A stretch of 64,000 nt of DNA from Blasia pusilla (Eukaryota). The notes under the pieces are model-generated. The model was not told the DNA's origin. It saw only the letters and a list, made by a program, of their open reading frames with translations, and did no database searches. The position numbers were made by a program, and so were the translations under genes. The stretch lies in assembly GCA_050084515.1 (NCBI GenBank), contig CM114271.1:12028001-12092000 (forward strand). Direction: 5' to 3'. This document shows, one piece after another, positions 1 through 12,336 of the stretch (position 1 is the stretch's first letter; every line of letters starts with the position of its first letter).

Positions 1-3000
1 AAATCGACAAATTCCAGGCCATGGCCCGGGTGGTCCTAGTGTACAGCAGGAAAGACTTTACAATGCAGCGACATCAGCTGCTTCTCAATATCAATCTTCC
101 TTTGTGTATCCAACAATGAGGACTGACATCACCAATTGGTAAGTGATCACTTCACCCAAATCAGGGGTATGGGTGTTAGAAGATTCAGCTGGATACAGAA
201 CTATTATCAAGAATACTTGGTAATTAGCTGCTACTTTTTGAATAACTCACAAGATTAGAAATGGAAGAAAGACACCATCTGCTTCCCATCTACTCATCTA
301 CATCTACTGCTATGGAAAAGAATCCCGTCTTTCTGCAGAGATTCAGGTCTAATGATTTGTAGCAAATCAGAAAACTGAATTTGAGTGCCGTGGGTAGGGC
401 ACAGCCTTCAATTAAGTTATGTGAGGGCCCTTATCAGATAAGGACAACTATTGTGAGAAGTCTAGTGAGGATATGCCTCTATCTAACCTGTACTGGTTAG
501 TGAAAGTTATTTGGTAGAACCAAGCACTCTCTTCCAGCTAGTTTCGTGTTCTCAATTTTAAAAAGGGGAGGTTGTCACATAATCTGTGTCTAGAGCTTTG
601 AGATCTGATACGTATTCTATCCTCTCAAGCTATGCATCTGTAATGAACTTCTACCGATTTCTAAACCATGAGTTCGTTCTCGCCTATTTGCTCTTCACTC
701 CCCCTACCTAAGCACATAGAGGGGAGATTAGTATATTGAGTGAAGCACTGCCCTGGGTAGAGCCCCATGATGGCAAAATAGCAACGAATGAGGGAAAACT
801 CGACTGATGAGGTCTAAGACATGATCAGTGTCAAGTGGGAGATCATTGAGATCCAGTGGATAACACCAACTGATCACACCAAACTCTTGCCACTATGTCA
901 GGAAAAAAATGAGGCAGTGTGACAAGGAAAGACTACAAGCAGCTATCTCACACAATCTATCGAGGTTACACCTCACTTGAAAGTAGCATCCATCATAAAC
1001 CAGTTCTCTGAATTGGAAGCAAAATGGGAAAGTTTCCAGGCCACCCAGACGTTGGTCTAGAATACAATGATGCAAGCATCAAGAGAAGAACAAGGCAGAT
1101 GGATGTCCAGCAAGGAATGGAAACTCCTCGAATGAACTGCCCATAAGACAACCATGACTGTACTCATTAAGCAGTGCCTGTCATAGCCTTGCGACCATAG
1201 ACCCATAAGACAACCACCATGCAAATGGAGTTGGCCACTTTGAGGGCTGAGATCCTGCAACTGAAGATGGACTTAGTAGCTTCCCTCAAAGAAGATAACA
1301 CTGAGATGGGGAAGGTAATGCAGGAGTACCCGCCCAGCTGAGACCACTTCCACAAATCCAAGTAGAACCTGGACAGAAGTAGTTGGCAAGCACACTGCTA
1401 CAACACAAATCACGGAGGAAGCAACATAAGTAGCCGAAGAGGTTGCTAAAGGGGAAGCAGATAGAGTCATAGAACTCCAGGACAGGAAGACAAGAGAGCT
1501 CAATCTAGTCATCATGGGACTAAATTTCTCCAAAGAGGAGGATTGCAATCAGGTGCTACAAGAGAAAGTCTTCACAACTCTGGGGGTCACACCAACAATC
1601 ACCCACAAAGGGATCAGCCGGGGGAAAGGAACAAGTGATCGACCAGCTCCATTGTTGGTATAATTTGGTCCCTCTCAACGGGATTGAGCAATGGAGACAA
1701 TATTGACTATCCTCCTAAGTAAAGCAGCTCTGAAAGGCTCAACAATCCGCATCTTTCCAGACTTGACGACCAAGCAAAGAGTGGAGCTCCCCATTGAAAG
1801 ATTCTACTCATTAAGTAGTGCCTGTCGTAGCCTTGCGACCATAGACCCCGCGCCCTGGTTGGATGGTGCTCCCAATTGAAAGAGAGAGGTGTGTGCTGCG
1901 GGCAGCAAACACCTTTGGAGTGGGCTCCGCGGAGGGAAGGCCACAACACCTGTACCTAGGGATCGCAACAATGTAGCAATGAGCAGCAATGAGTGAAAAC
2001 TCGGACTCCAACCATGGAATCAGCAATTTTGAACCAGGAAACCATGCTTTAGACAAGACCTCCCCATAGGGATATGTGGATGGCAAGGATCATACCAACC
2101 CATCCATTCATGCAGTCTTTCACAACTGGGGAGGACCATTCTGGTCCATAGGCAATGGGATCACAAATCTTGGCACAAACGTGGACCTGATCTTCTTTGC
2201 TGAAACACACAAGCATGATTCCAATCGAATTCCTGATACGCATGAGTTCCAAGTCCTAGCTATCCGCAATCAACCCACAAACAGCAAAAAAAAAAGAACA
2301 TGGGGATCTGGCTTGCTTGGTGGCTCCATGGTTACAACCCTTTGTCTCCATAGTCAACATTTTTGAAGAAAGATATTTCTTTTGGATCAAGATTTCAAAA
2401 GAAGTGGATTTACTGAAAGATCTCCTCATTGCAGTTTGCTATTTCAGTCCTACTATGCTCCAGAGGGAATTCTTGTATGAGGCTCTCTCTACATGTATTG
2501 ACCACAACCTGAATATTGGCGATGTCCTTCTCGGTAGACATTTCAACGGGAGAATGGCCAGCATTCAAGCTCCAATTTACATGTCTAACACCAACGACAC
2601 GGAAGGGATAGAAGCTCAACCATCAGATTGGTCTCTCGGGGAAGAATTCTTCCCACACCTGCAATGCACATCCGTGGACATTGGAAAAATAGCTAATAGA
2701 GAGAGACTTCTGGAACTCTGCTTCACACATTGTTTGACACTGGAAAATGGCCTTGCTTTTTGGCCACATTCAGGAGGTCCCACTCGGACTGGACACTCTG
2801 ACTCCAACAAAGAAACATCGACATCCATGGTAGACTACCTGATTGGGGAAGTACATCAACTTACACATCTGGTTACCAATCCCACTATCACGCCCGTTCT
2901 GGAATCTGAGCACAAACCTACCCACTTTGACATTTCTGTCTCCAAAAACCACTCCAACGGCAGAAGATAAGATAACTTTGCTGCAGAAATGCCAATACAC

Positions 3001-6000
3001 TTTCCTTAAAGAAAAGGGAGTGGAACTCATCACACTCATCAACAAAGCTCTTACAGAGTGCTCACCAACAGTGAACACGACGGAGGTCAGCAACACAGTG
3101 CATCAACGTTGCAGAAAAGTCCAACTGTTTGGAGGTAAACACATCAGTTCCACTTCAACATTCACTCAACGATGGTTTGACAAGGACTGCAAAATGGCCT
3201 TCAGAGAGGTGAATCAACGGTTTTGGGTAGATCCACAGTCTTCCGCCACTAGACTGTTATGGGACACTTACAAACATCTGGTTCGCAGGAAGAGCGCAAG
3301 CATATTGCCAACAAGATCATTGAGTTTGCAGAGCAAATGAGATCTCAATCTTCAAAATTCTGGAGAATATTCAGAAATAGACAGAACAACATTCCTCTCT
3401 GAGATCTACAGATCTGCCCACATATAGTAACCAAGTTTACTACTCAGACATTGCTGCTCCCACTGACCCTTGGTGGACTGGGATCCAAGATTTACCAGAC
3501 CTCTTTAAAAGAAAAACAGGAGTAAACAAATACTGACTTTGATTACAGAGCTAATTTGTTTCTCCAAGCTCCAAGAAGTTACAGCAGATTATAGATACAT
3601 GGAATAGCTTCACAGACGTCAAATAGGAAAGGAAACTCTGTACTTACAAAAACATGAGAGAGATCTGATTGATCTACTACTCACAAACTTCCTCCCTATA
3701 GGAAGAAGAGACTCTCTACACTATTGATGCCTTTTCAAGCAGCACACTATCTCCTCCAGCAGCAGGTCCTCCAAAACATCAACTCCTTCTATCACAATAG
3801 GTCAGCCACCCAAGCTGAGGGGCAGCAATACTGAAGTTCGCAGGTCCAGGAGCTGGGAATAGTAGAGAAGAGAATGAGAGTGCTCTGGTAAGCCTCTTGC
3901 TCTTATAGGATAGCCCCTGGCTATCTTAAACCCTAAAAGTCCTTAACTAAGGCTAAAGGAGGCTATTATGAAACCCTAAAGGTTTTTAACTAAGACTAAA
4001 AAAGCTATTGCGAAAACCTAAAGGTCTAGTTAATAAACCTAAAAATAGAATTTTACCTATAGATAGAAAAAGTTAACTTTTCATAGTAAAAAACAGATTT
4101 TTTCGCTCCTGATCTTACAGTTGCAATTTCAACACTCCCACTCAACGTGAGTTCAGGTGTATTCCAATTAACTCCATGCACCTTAGGTGTTTAACCTTGG
4201 TGAGAGATTTTGTGAACACGTCAGCTGCCATGTCCTCTGTTGCACAGTGTTCTAATTCAATTTCCACTCCAACCTTTTCCCGTATAAAGTGATGTTGTAT
4301 ATCAATGTGCTTTGTCCTCGCATGGTGTATCGGATTCTTGGTTAGATCAATACTGCCCCGATTATCAGCATACACTTTTGTAGGTCTTGCTTGATGGCAT
4401 CCAAAACCATCAAGGAGGCGTCTAAGCCATATTGCCTCCTTGGCAGCATGTGTTAGGGCCATGTATTCTGCTTCACATGTGGAAAGTGCTACGGTGGATT
4501 GTCTCTTGCTGCTCCAACTAATAGCTCCTCCACACAGCAAGTAGCAATATGCAGAAGTAGATTGTCTATTGTCTAGATCTCCTGCCCAATCAGCGTCACT
4601 GTAACCAATTAGATCTACTTCTGCCTCTTTGATATATGTGAGGCAAAAGTCGTGAGTGCCTTTCAGGTATCTCATCACACGCTTGACAGCTTGCCAATGT
4701 TGCAAGCCAGGGTTGTGCATGAACCTGCTCAAAACTCCCACTGTGTATGCAAGGTCTGGCCTTGTGGCAACCATTGCATACATAATGCAGCCCACTGCAT
4801 TCTGATATGGTATGTTAGCCATATCATTCATCTCCAATTCAGTTTGAGGACACATTTCCTTGGTAAGCTTGATTCCTACCTCCATGGGTGTCCCTACTGG
4901 ATTACAATCACCCATAGAAAAACGATTGATGACATTCTTCACATATTTGGTTTGGCTCATCTTGATCCAACCAACATCTCTATTTCTAGTGATTTGTATT
5001 CGAGTAAATAATTTACTTCTCCTAGATCAACCATTTCAAAAGCTTCACTCAGTCCACGCTTCAGCCTGTGCATAGTTTTCAGGTCTTCACAGAGGAGTAA
5101 CAAATCATCTACATACAGTGCTATGTGAACCACAATATTCAACATGTGATAAACACTAGGATCTGCCCTATTCTTGTGAAAACCCAACTTCTGAAAATAA
5201 CCGTCAATTTTCTCATACCAGAGTCTTGACGCTTGCTTGAGTCCATATAAGGCTTTCTTCAGCAACCATACCTTGTCTCCATCCTTGAAACCTTCTGGTT
5301 GTTGCATGTAAATCTCCTCATGCAATTCTCCATGGAGGAAGGCGGTTTTACATCCATTTGATGTATCTCCCAATTATGCTTTGCCGCTAATGCTAGCAAG
5401 CTTCTTATGGAAGTAAATTTTGCTACAGGAGCAAAAGTTTCTGCATAGTCAAGTCCTTCAATCTGACTGTAGCCTTTAGCAACTAGTCGAGCTTTATACT
5501 TGACCACCTCATTCTTAGGTCCTCTTTTCACTTTGAAGACCCACTTGCAACCGATTGCCTTCCTCATGGGGGGCAAATTCACCAACTCAAAAGTCTGATT
5601 GCTTTGGAGAGATCCCATCTCTTCATGTACCGCTTGCTCCCACTGGATGGCATCATCTCTAGTGAGAGCTTCTTCAAGACTTGGCGGTTCATCAGCCTCC
5701 AACATTCCTGATGTACAACCTGCATTATCAAGGGCTTGGTAACACACTTCAGCCAGATGCGATTCCTCTGTGAATCTTTCTTCTTGCTGGTCAGTCTCAC
5801 CTTTTCCAAGACTTATCCCAAGTCGAATTGGAATTTTTGGATGTCCTTGTTGATTTTCGAACTGGAGGTTGTTGCTCTGTGCCTGTAAGATAACTATCGG
5901 TACTCTCTAATGGTACTTCTGATATTTCTACATCAGGCTTTCTCCTTACGTAAAATCTGGTTGGAGATAATCTCCTTGGAGATTTATCAACCTCATCATC

Positions 6001-9000
6001 ATTTTCTTCAACCTTGATATCTTTAAAGAATGTCAACTCCTTTTCAAAACTGACTTCTGCAGTGCTAGTAATGCTGCTACCAAGATCTTTCTCATTGAAA
6101 TAGACATCTCTACTTCTGATTGCTTTCTTAGTGCTTGGATTGAAGAGTCTGTACCCTTTACATCCAGGTTCATACCCTAAGAATATGCATTTCTCCGATT
6201 TGAGTCTAGCTTTGTTCTTTTCTCCTTTGGAATCAAAGCATAAGCACAACACCAAAACTTTCAGGTGAGAGAGATCTGGTTTCTTACCACTCCATGCTTC
6301 CTCTGGTGTCAAGTTGTCCAATGCTGTTGAAGGACTCAAATTCTTCAAGTAGTTGGCAGTAGTTAGGGCTTCTCCCAAAATTCTCGACCAAGGTTTGCTG
6401 TGGAGAGCATGGACCTGGTTCTTTCAACCAATGTCCTATTCAATCTTTCAGCTGCTCCATTCTGCTCTGGACTGCTCCTTGCAGTAACTTGACTCTTGAT
6501 TCCCTTTTGAGATAAGAAATCTTTGAACTGTTTGTTGATGTATTCTCCACCTCCATCAGTTCTAAGCACTTTCACTTTCAGGCCAAGCTCATTCTCAACC
6601 TCATTGACAAAGTGCTGAAATCTGTCCAAGACTTCATCCTTTGTCTTCATCAAGTAGACAAACGTCCTTCTTGACTTGTCATCAGTGAAAGAAACAAAGT
6701 ATTTTGCACCTCCGTGAGATGCTACTTTCATCGGTCCACACACATCAGAGTGGATGAGCTCAAGCTTTTCTCCTACTCTAGTTTTGGACTTCTTAGGTGT
6801 AGAAGTTCTACTCTGTTTCCCTTCTCTATACAACCTTCACAAAAGAATTCTGAACTATCAGGTTGTAAATGGAATCCAACAACCATCTTCTGGAGTTTCC
6901 TCATATTCTGAATTCCCAGATGTGCTAGTCGCCTATGCCAAATGTCTAAAGAATTTTCTTCAGATCCAATGTTGGCGATTCTTCATCAACATGTGTTGTA
7001 TGAAGTTTATAAAGCTGATTGTTCACAATCGAAGCTTTCCCGATTTCAGTTGTATCATGATCAAAAATAATGCAATGATCATCTGTAAACAACACTTTGA
7101 AACCCTCACTTGCTAAGACTTTCACAGAGATCAGATTTTTCCTATCTCAGGAATATAAAGGACATTTTTGAGAAGTAATTCTCTACAACCTTTCAGATTT
7201 AGATGAACTTCACCTTTGGAAGAAGTTTCCAGCTTGTGATTGCTTGCCACTGTTACATTGCGTGTAGAGATTTTCTGAATGTTGCTAAAACAACTTCTCT
7301 TACCGCACATGTGAGATGTTGCTCCACTATCAATGTACCAAGCATCCCCAGAACTTGATTCAAATGGTACATCACCTTCCAAAGTCATGAATAGTTGATC
7401 ATCATCGCTATCTTCAACCACATGAGCTTTCTCGGAAGTGTTGAACTTTCCCAAGCTTTTCTTCTTGCCTTTCAGGTCTCTCACCTTTTTCCAACAGACC
7501 TCTTCTGTATGGTTCAGCATGTTGCAATATTTGCACTTGAGCTTCTTCATGCCCTTTTCATTGTACCCTCTCTTACCAACCTTGGCAGCAAGAGCGATCT
7601 CATCAGATACATTGTTCCTACCAGCATGCTTCGATTCTTCATTGATGAGTTGTCCGTTGACATACTCCCAGGTAAGTTTCTTTTACTCTTGAGCTTCCAG
7701 CACAGTACTCACAGTCTCAAAACTCTTAGAGAGAGTGCTGAGAAGTAGACCTACTTGGAAAAAATCGTCTACTTTGAGACCTCCTTCGATGAGAGTAGAA
7801 ATCATCCCTTTCACCCTCGCCACATGAGTAGCAACAGGCTCAGATTCGTCCTGGCGCAAGTTCACAAGGTTCCGAAGGACACTAAAGATGTGTCCTACAG
7901 ATTCAGTTTGTAAGCCTTCTTTCACAGTCTCCCACATGGCATGAGCATTTGGTTTGTCACGGGCCATCTCTATAGCAGAGTCTCCCATGTTCATAACCAA
8001 TGCAGCCATTGCCCTATTGTTGGATTTGATCCATCCTGCATCCAACAGTTGCATTGCTGTTGGTGCACATTGGACGACTTCCCAACAATCCTTATGACAA
8101 CAGAGGATCTTCATTTCAAAAGACCACTTTCTCCAATTAGTTGCGTCTAATTTCTTGCTAACCCAGTGATCCATATCACTTCGTGGGCCCATAACCTAAA
8201 AGAAAAACAGGAGTAAACAAATACTGACTTTGATTACAGAGCTAATTTGTTTCTCCAAGCTCCAAGAAGTTACAGCAGATTATAGATACATGGAATAGCT
8301 TCACAGGCGTCAAATAGGAAAGGAAACTCTGTACTTACAAAAACATGAGAGAGATCTGATTGATCTACTACTCACAAACTTCCTCCCTATAGGAAGAAGA
8401 GACTCTCTACACTATTGATGCCTTTTCAAGCAGCACACTATCTCCTCCAGCAGCAGGTCCTCCAAAACATCAACTCCTTCTATCACAATAGGTCAGCCAC
8501 CCAAGCTGAGGGGCAGCAATACTGAAGTTCGCAGGTCCAGGAGCTGGGAATAGTAGAGAAGAGAATGAGAGTGCTCTGGTAAGCCTCTTGCTCTTATAGG
8601 ATAGCCCCTGGCTATCTTAAACCCTAAAAGTCCTTAACTAAGGCTAAAGGAGGCTATTATGAAACCCTAAAGGTTTTTAACTAAGACTAAAAAAGCTATT
8701 GCGAAAACCTAAAGGTCTAGTTAATAAACCTAAAAATAGAATTTTACCTATAGATAGAAAAAGTTAACTTTTCATAGTAAAAAACAGATTTTTTCGCTCC
8801 TGATCTTACAGTTGCAATTTCAACACTCTTCACAATCAAAGACATCACAGCAGGCCTCAGAAGGCTCCATAACAAACCAGAGGATGACGTAGGTGCAAGG
8901 GTCCAGCTCCTTTGGAGGCTATTGCTCCAGCTCTTGCAAGAATGTTCAATCCCCACGTCATACTACTGGTCGAGTTTGGTGAGGTACCAATGGAGATTTC

Positions 9001-10993
9001 TGCTTTTAAAAATCTGATCACATTCCTCCAACACCTACAGTGTATTAGTGACGACGATCCCGATCGCCTTTCAGCCAGAGCATTTGAGCTCTCTAACAGT
9101 AGTGCAGCCGCCGGGGTGAAAAATTGGTACAATGACTGCAAGGAATGGTTCATGAAATGGTGCATTTCAATCAGTGCCCTGCCAATGTTCACCAACCAGG
9201 ATCTGTCAGAGAAACTACACTTCAACTACGTCTCTATCAATTGTGATTGGTACCAAACGCTTTGGGAGGAGGGGGGGAAATCTCAAATAAATGGGGAATG
9301 GATGAGGTGTTACCACACTTTCATGAATACTAGCAGTTCCATGAAGTAGGTCCCTTACATCTCTGCCCTGAGTCCCACTAAATTACGGCATGCACAAATG
9401 CAACTCAATTGACCTTGAAATTGAGAAAGGAAAATTCCCACGGAAGAAAAGAGAAGATAGATTATCTACATTTTGCAACGCGGGGCTCCTAGATGATGAA
9501 CAACATTATCTCTTCCACTACCCCTTTCACAATCACATGAGATTTGACTTACTGGACCTCTTTGCTCAACCGGCCCTCAAGGTCTTCGAATTCATGGCTA
9601 GGTGGAATCAGGCTCAGGTTGCCAAATTCTTACATTTTTGTGTGAAGATTAGGGAAAATCACCTGGCACAAAGACTCTTAGGGCCTTTCTATTGTTGGTA
9701 CTTTCTTTAGTTGATTTATTTGCATAGTTAATTTCCATGGCCCCGTGGGCAAGGTTGCATAAAAGACAAAATCCGTGTCTGCGGAGATATGTATGTCCGT
9801 GGATTTACATCTGTCCTAAATAAGGACCTGTCCATGTGGGGTCCATCTCCTCCTTCTTTCTCATCCTCTCACTTGTCTTCGTGATTTGTACGTTCTCGTT
9901 TCTTCTTCCATTCCCGCCCTCTTTGTTGACCCGCCCACCCTTGCCTTACCTTCCACCATGAATTCTAAGTTTGGGCTTCACTTTTTGTAATCCATGTCTG
10001 TAGACATATTCAAACTTGTCCGTTCTAAAGACGGACTTGTCCATTTTTGTGCAGTCATGCTTGTGGGGTGGGGTTTCCATAGACAATATATCTATTCATT
10101 CATTCATTCTCGTAAATATTTTAGAGGATCATTTATGCCGCTCATTTTTTCTGGAAGTATTTGTATGACCATTAGGTTAGTCACTATTGCAATTATTCAC
10201 TTTAATTAAGCCATATTTTTCATTTACATGTAGCTGTGACTCTAATATCTTGTAACGTCTGGTGATGTAGGTACCCAGCTTATGTAGCATTTGTCCCCCC
10301 TGCGTATTTTTGTGCAATCCCTACAGGAAATGCAAATGCAGTAAGTGGAAATGGTATTGGTTCAGAATTACAATCCGGAGGAGATCTGGGCAGTAATGGA
10401 GAAATAAATGGCACGGCACCTAGTCTGAGCTCACAAGCACATCTCCTGCAAACGATGACCCAAATGAGGAGTGTGATTGGATCGTCAGCCTTCAGTGGCC
10501 ATCCTAACACAACTGGTTCTTTGTACACTGCAAATTGGCCTGGATATGGTTATGCCCCAGCCTTTGGGCAGGGATTGCAACCCATGGGCTCACCACAGTC
10601 TAGTCAAGCAGCTCAGCTACATATGGGTGGCACAGATTCCAGTTTCAGCGGTGCAAACTTTAATACAGGGAGCATTTCAGCCTTACCTCTTAGTGTGCAG
10701 CAGGATCAGCTGAAATGTTTGATTGAGGTGATTACAACTTATTCTTGGGTGACTAGTTTTACTACAGTGGTTAATTTTTTACTCTACCACGCGAATTCTT
10801 GGAGACATGGGCACTTTTGATACATGGAGATTGACCGAATTCTCTTTCAAACTTGCAGGTTTTTGAGAAACAACTCCAGTCGGTCATTGAGCTACAAAAT
10901 CAACTCAGCTCTGTCCAGCAAGAAACTACAGTGACAAGTTCCAGCAGTGCTAATTTTCAGGGGGAATCTTTAGATGAGAAAAGTGGGTATTGA
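1..10993 (+). CDS. 3' part of an unidentified host gene; exons <1-138, 10271-10727, 10859-10993 (low-complexity G/S/Q-rich region, C-terminal coiled-coil-like segment)
   Basis: Open frame from nt 2 to a GTAAGT donor at 139 (phase 2, TG). It joins in frame to the AG acceptor at 10269-10270 (TG+G=Trp) and to ORF 10455. Donor GT at 10728, acceptor TGCAG at 10858, then [18 protein letters not shown]...GY* with stop at 10991-10993. Confidence 0.7.
1155..1201 (-). mobile_element. 47-bp extreme 3' tail of LINE family B with 15-bp target-site duplication
   Basis: Insert matches the LINE-B 3' terminus seen at 14632 and 14920. Flanked by CCCATAAGACAACCA at 1140-1154 and 1202-1216. Confidence 0.85.
1802..1867 (-). 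mobile_element. 66-bp 3' tail of LINE family B with 16-bp TSD (1 mismatch)
   Basis: Same tail sequence. Flanked by GCTCCCCATTGAAAGA (1786-1801) and GCTCCCAATTGAAAGA (1868-1883). Confidence 0.8.
3506..4134 (-). repeat. copia 3' LTR (TGTTG...TTTTA on the - strand), preceded by PPT GAGTGGGAG
   Basis: Direct repeat of 8197-8825; purine tract immediately upstream on the - strand (4143-4135). Confidence 0.95.
4142..8192 (-). CDS. copia gag-pol polyprotein (broken into ~8 ORF pieces by single-base indels)
   Basis: ORFs 7683-8192, 7131-7550, 6363-6833, 5797-6378, 5259-5747, 4957-5373 and 4142-4960 carry collinear copia motifs. Confidence 0.9.
8184..8196 (-). promoter_or_regulatory. copia primer-binding site GGTTATGGGCCCA (half-tRNAiMet type)
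   Basis: Directly abuts the 5' LTR. Matches the PBS type of Drosophila copia (5' fragment of initiator tRNA-Met), not the TGGTATCAGAGC full-tRNA type. Confidence 0.8.
8197..8825 (-). repeat. copia 5' LTR
   Basis: 629-bp direct repeat of 3506-4134; only one substitution seen by eye (cacagAcgtc vs cacagGcgtc). Confidence 0.95.
8826..9720 (+). mobile_element. LINE family A, 3' part (RT core deleted; C-terminal zinc-finger remnant)
   Basis: Removing the copia restores [27 protein letters not shown] is fused directly to the post-RT segment [11 protein letters not shown]-terminus LEIEKGK...REDRLxxFC...[11 protein letters not shown] is a degenerate CCHC. Confidence 0.75.
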
Positions 10994-12336
10994 GCAGCAT
11001 GCTGGTGAAAGAAGCCTTTGGAGGTCTGCACTTGAATGAGTTCCTGGGTTTTGGCTTTAGGTTCTGGATTTGCGTAGCAATTTCCTGAGTTCACCCAGGA
11101 ATGATCTGGTCTGGTCTAACAAGGAGATGCCACCAGAGGTGCCTTGCTTGGAGGTAGGTTGTTAGGTTGTATCTGGATGACAATATTGAGAGAAAGGTTA
11201 GGAGACTGAAGGTGAAGAATGTTACGGAGATATCTAGGGCATGATGTTGACTAGTGGCTTGAAATAGATATGGGGGATCTATTAACTTTTGTGGATATGG
11301 CCATTGTAGATGAGGGTGTAAATTCTACTAGATCATAAATTTGATGTTGATGGCATTTTGTTGTCAAATCGAATTGTGTGCCCCGCTTTCCTAGTCTACA
11401 GAATTTGCGGATTGAGTGGTGAAATCAATTTCGGGCTGAAATGGTTGTGCTGTGTGGCCAATTGCCTGCTCGCAAACATTCTCTGTATTAATAAAGTCAT
11501 ACTAAGACAATCTGACTGTGAAAGGAATTTCAGATAAATTGGAGTGTTGTGTTCACAATTATTCAGCATTTTGGATGTAAATGTAAAGTGCTTGTTAATC
11601 TAGTGGTCGTTGTCGGTGCACTCTTCACATTAGGAAAACTTCTGATTGGAACTGTAAACGAGCAATGTAGAATTCCCGAGGAGAGAAATTCTGTGCCATC
11701 TCTTCAAAGACCCCTTCTCCCTAATTTTTAATCTGTAAATAAAAATTTTGGAGTATATCTCCTTCCGCGACTATTCTTCCTATATACACCAACCACATAG
11801 CAACCTTAAAACTTCTGAAGTGGTCGCATGATTGTGAAGAAAACATTTATTTTCACTAAATTCTAGTAACTTCGAAATTGTGCAGTCTTCAAATGATGGG
11901 GAATCTCACATTTTCTTTCAAGACCTTGCCTCTCCTAGCCATATTGTTATTGTAGTTTCATAAGAGAAAATTCTGTCGTTATATTGACGGAAAATAAAAC
12001 AAAATGCCTCTTCAAAGGGGGTTGGACAGATTCGCAGGAAAAAAAAGAACTCTCATGCTCACCGATTCAGTGATACACCAAACCATGCATGAGCTCTGGC
12101 ATCTTATGATGCCCTCGACAAAGAATTTGGAGTATCACAAGGTAGTACAGTCTGACCTTGTGTTACTGCCATATGTTAGATTACTAGGATACTGATTGCA
12201 TTGTCGAGAGTACACAAGCTAGATGCAATCTCCACCACCAAATAGCTCAATCATCAGACTGGACATGCCAAACAAATATCCCCATCCTCGTTGGGCTAAG
12301 GCGAGAATCAGTTAAAACTTTAACGCAAGGAAGCTT

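Larger units (their letters stand above)
880..3505 (+). mobile_element. LINE family A, 5' part (decayed ORF1 + APE endonuclease + start of ORF2), interrupted by copia
   Basis: ORF1-like motifs [10 protein letters not shown] and [16 protein letters not shown] motifs [18 protein letters not shown] (GDFN-like), SMVDYLI and ESEH (SDH-like), then WFDKDC. Frameshifts and stops throughout; the 5' boundary is approximate. Confidence 0.8.
3506..8825 (-). mobile_element. Full-length Ty1/copia LTR retrotransposon (5.3 kb), 629-bp LTRs, 5-bp TSD CTCTT
   Basis: LTRs 3506-4134 and 8197-8825; TSD at 3501-3505 and 8826-8830. Domain order gag ([14 protein letters not shown]), protease ([10 protein letters not shown]), integrase (LIHSDVCGP...RTDGGGEY...EQNGAAER), RT ([15 protein letters not shown]), RNase H (YSDADWA, STCEAEY). 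Confidence 0.97.

Noticed and set aside
9757-10055. Possible MITE after the LINE-A 3' end
   Set aside because: Inverted similarity of the ends is weak and no TSD was identified.
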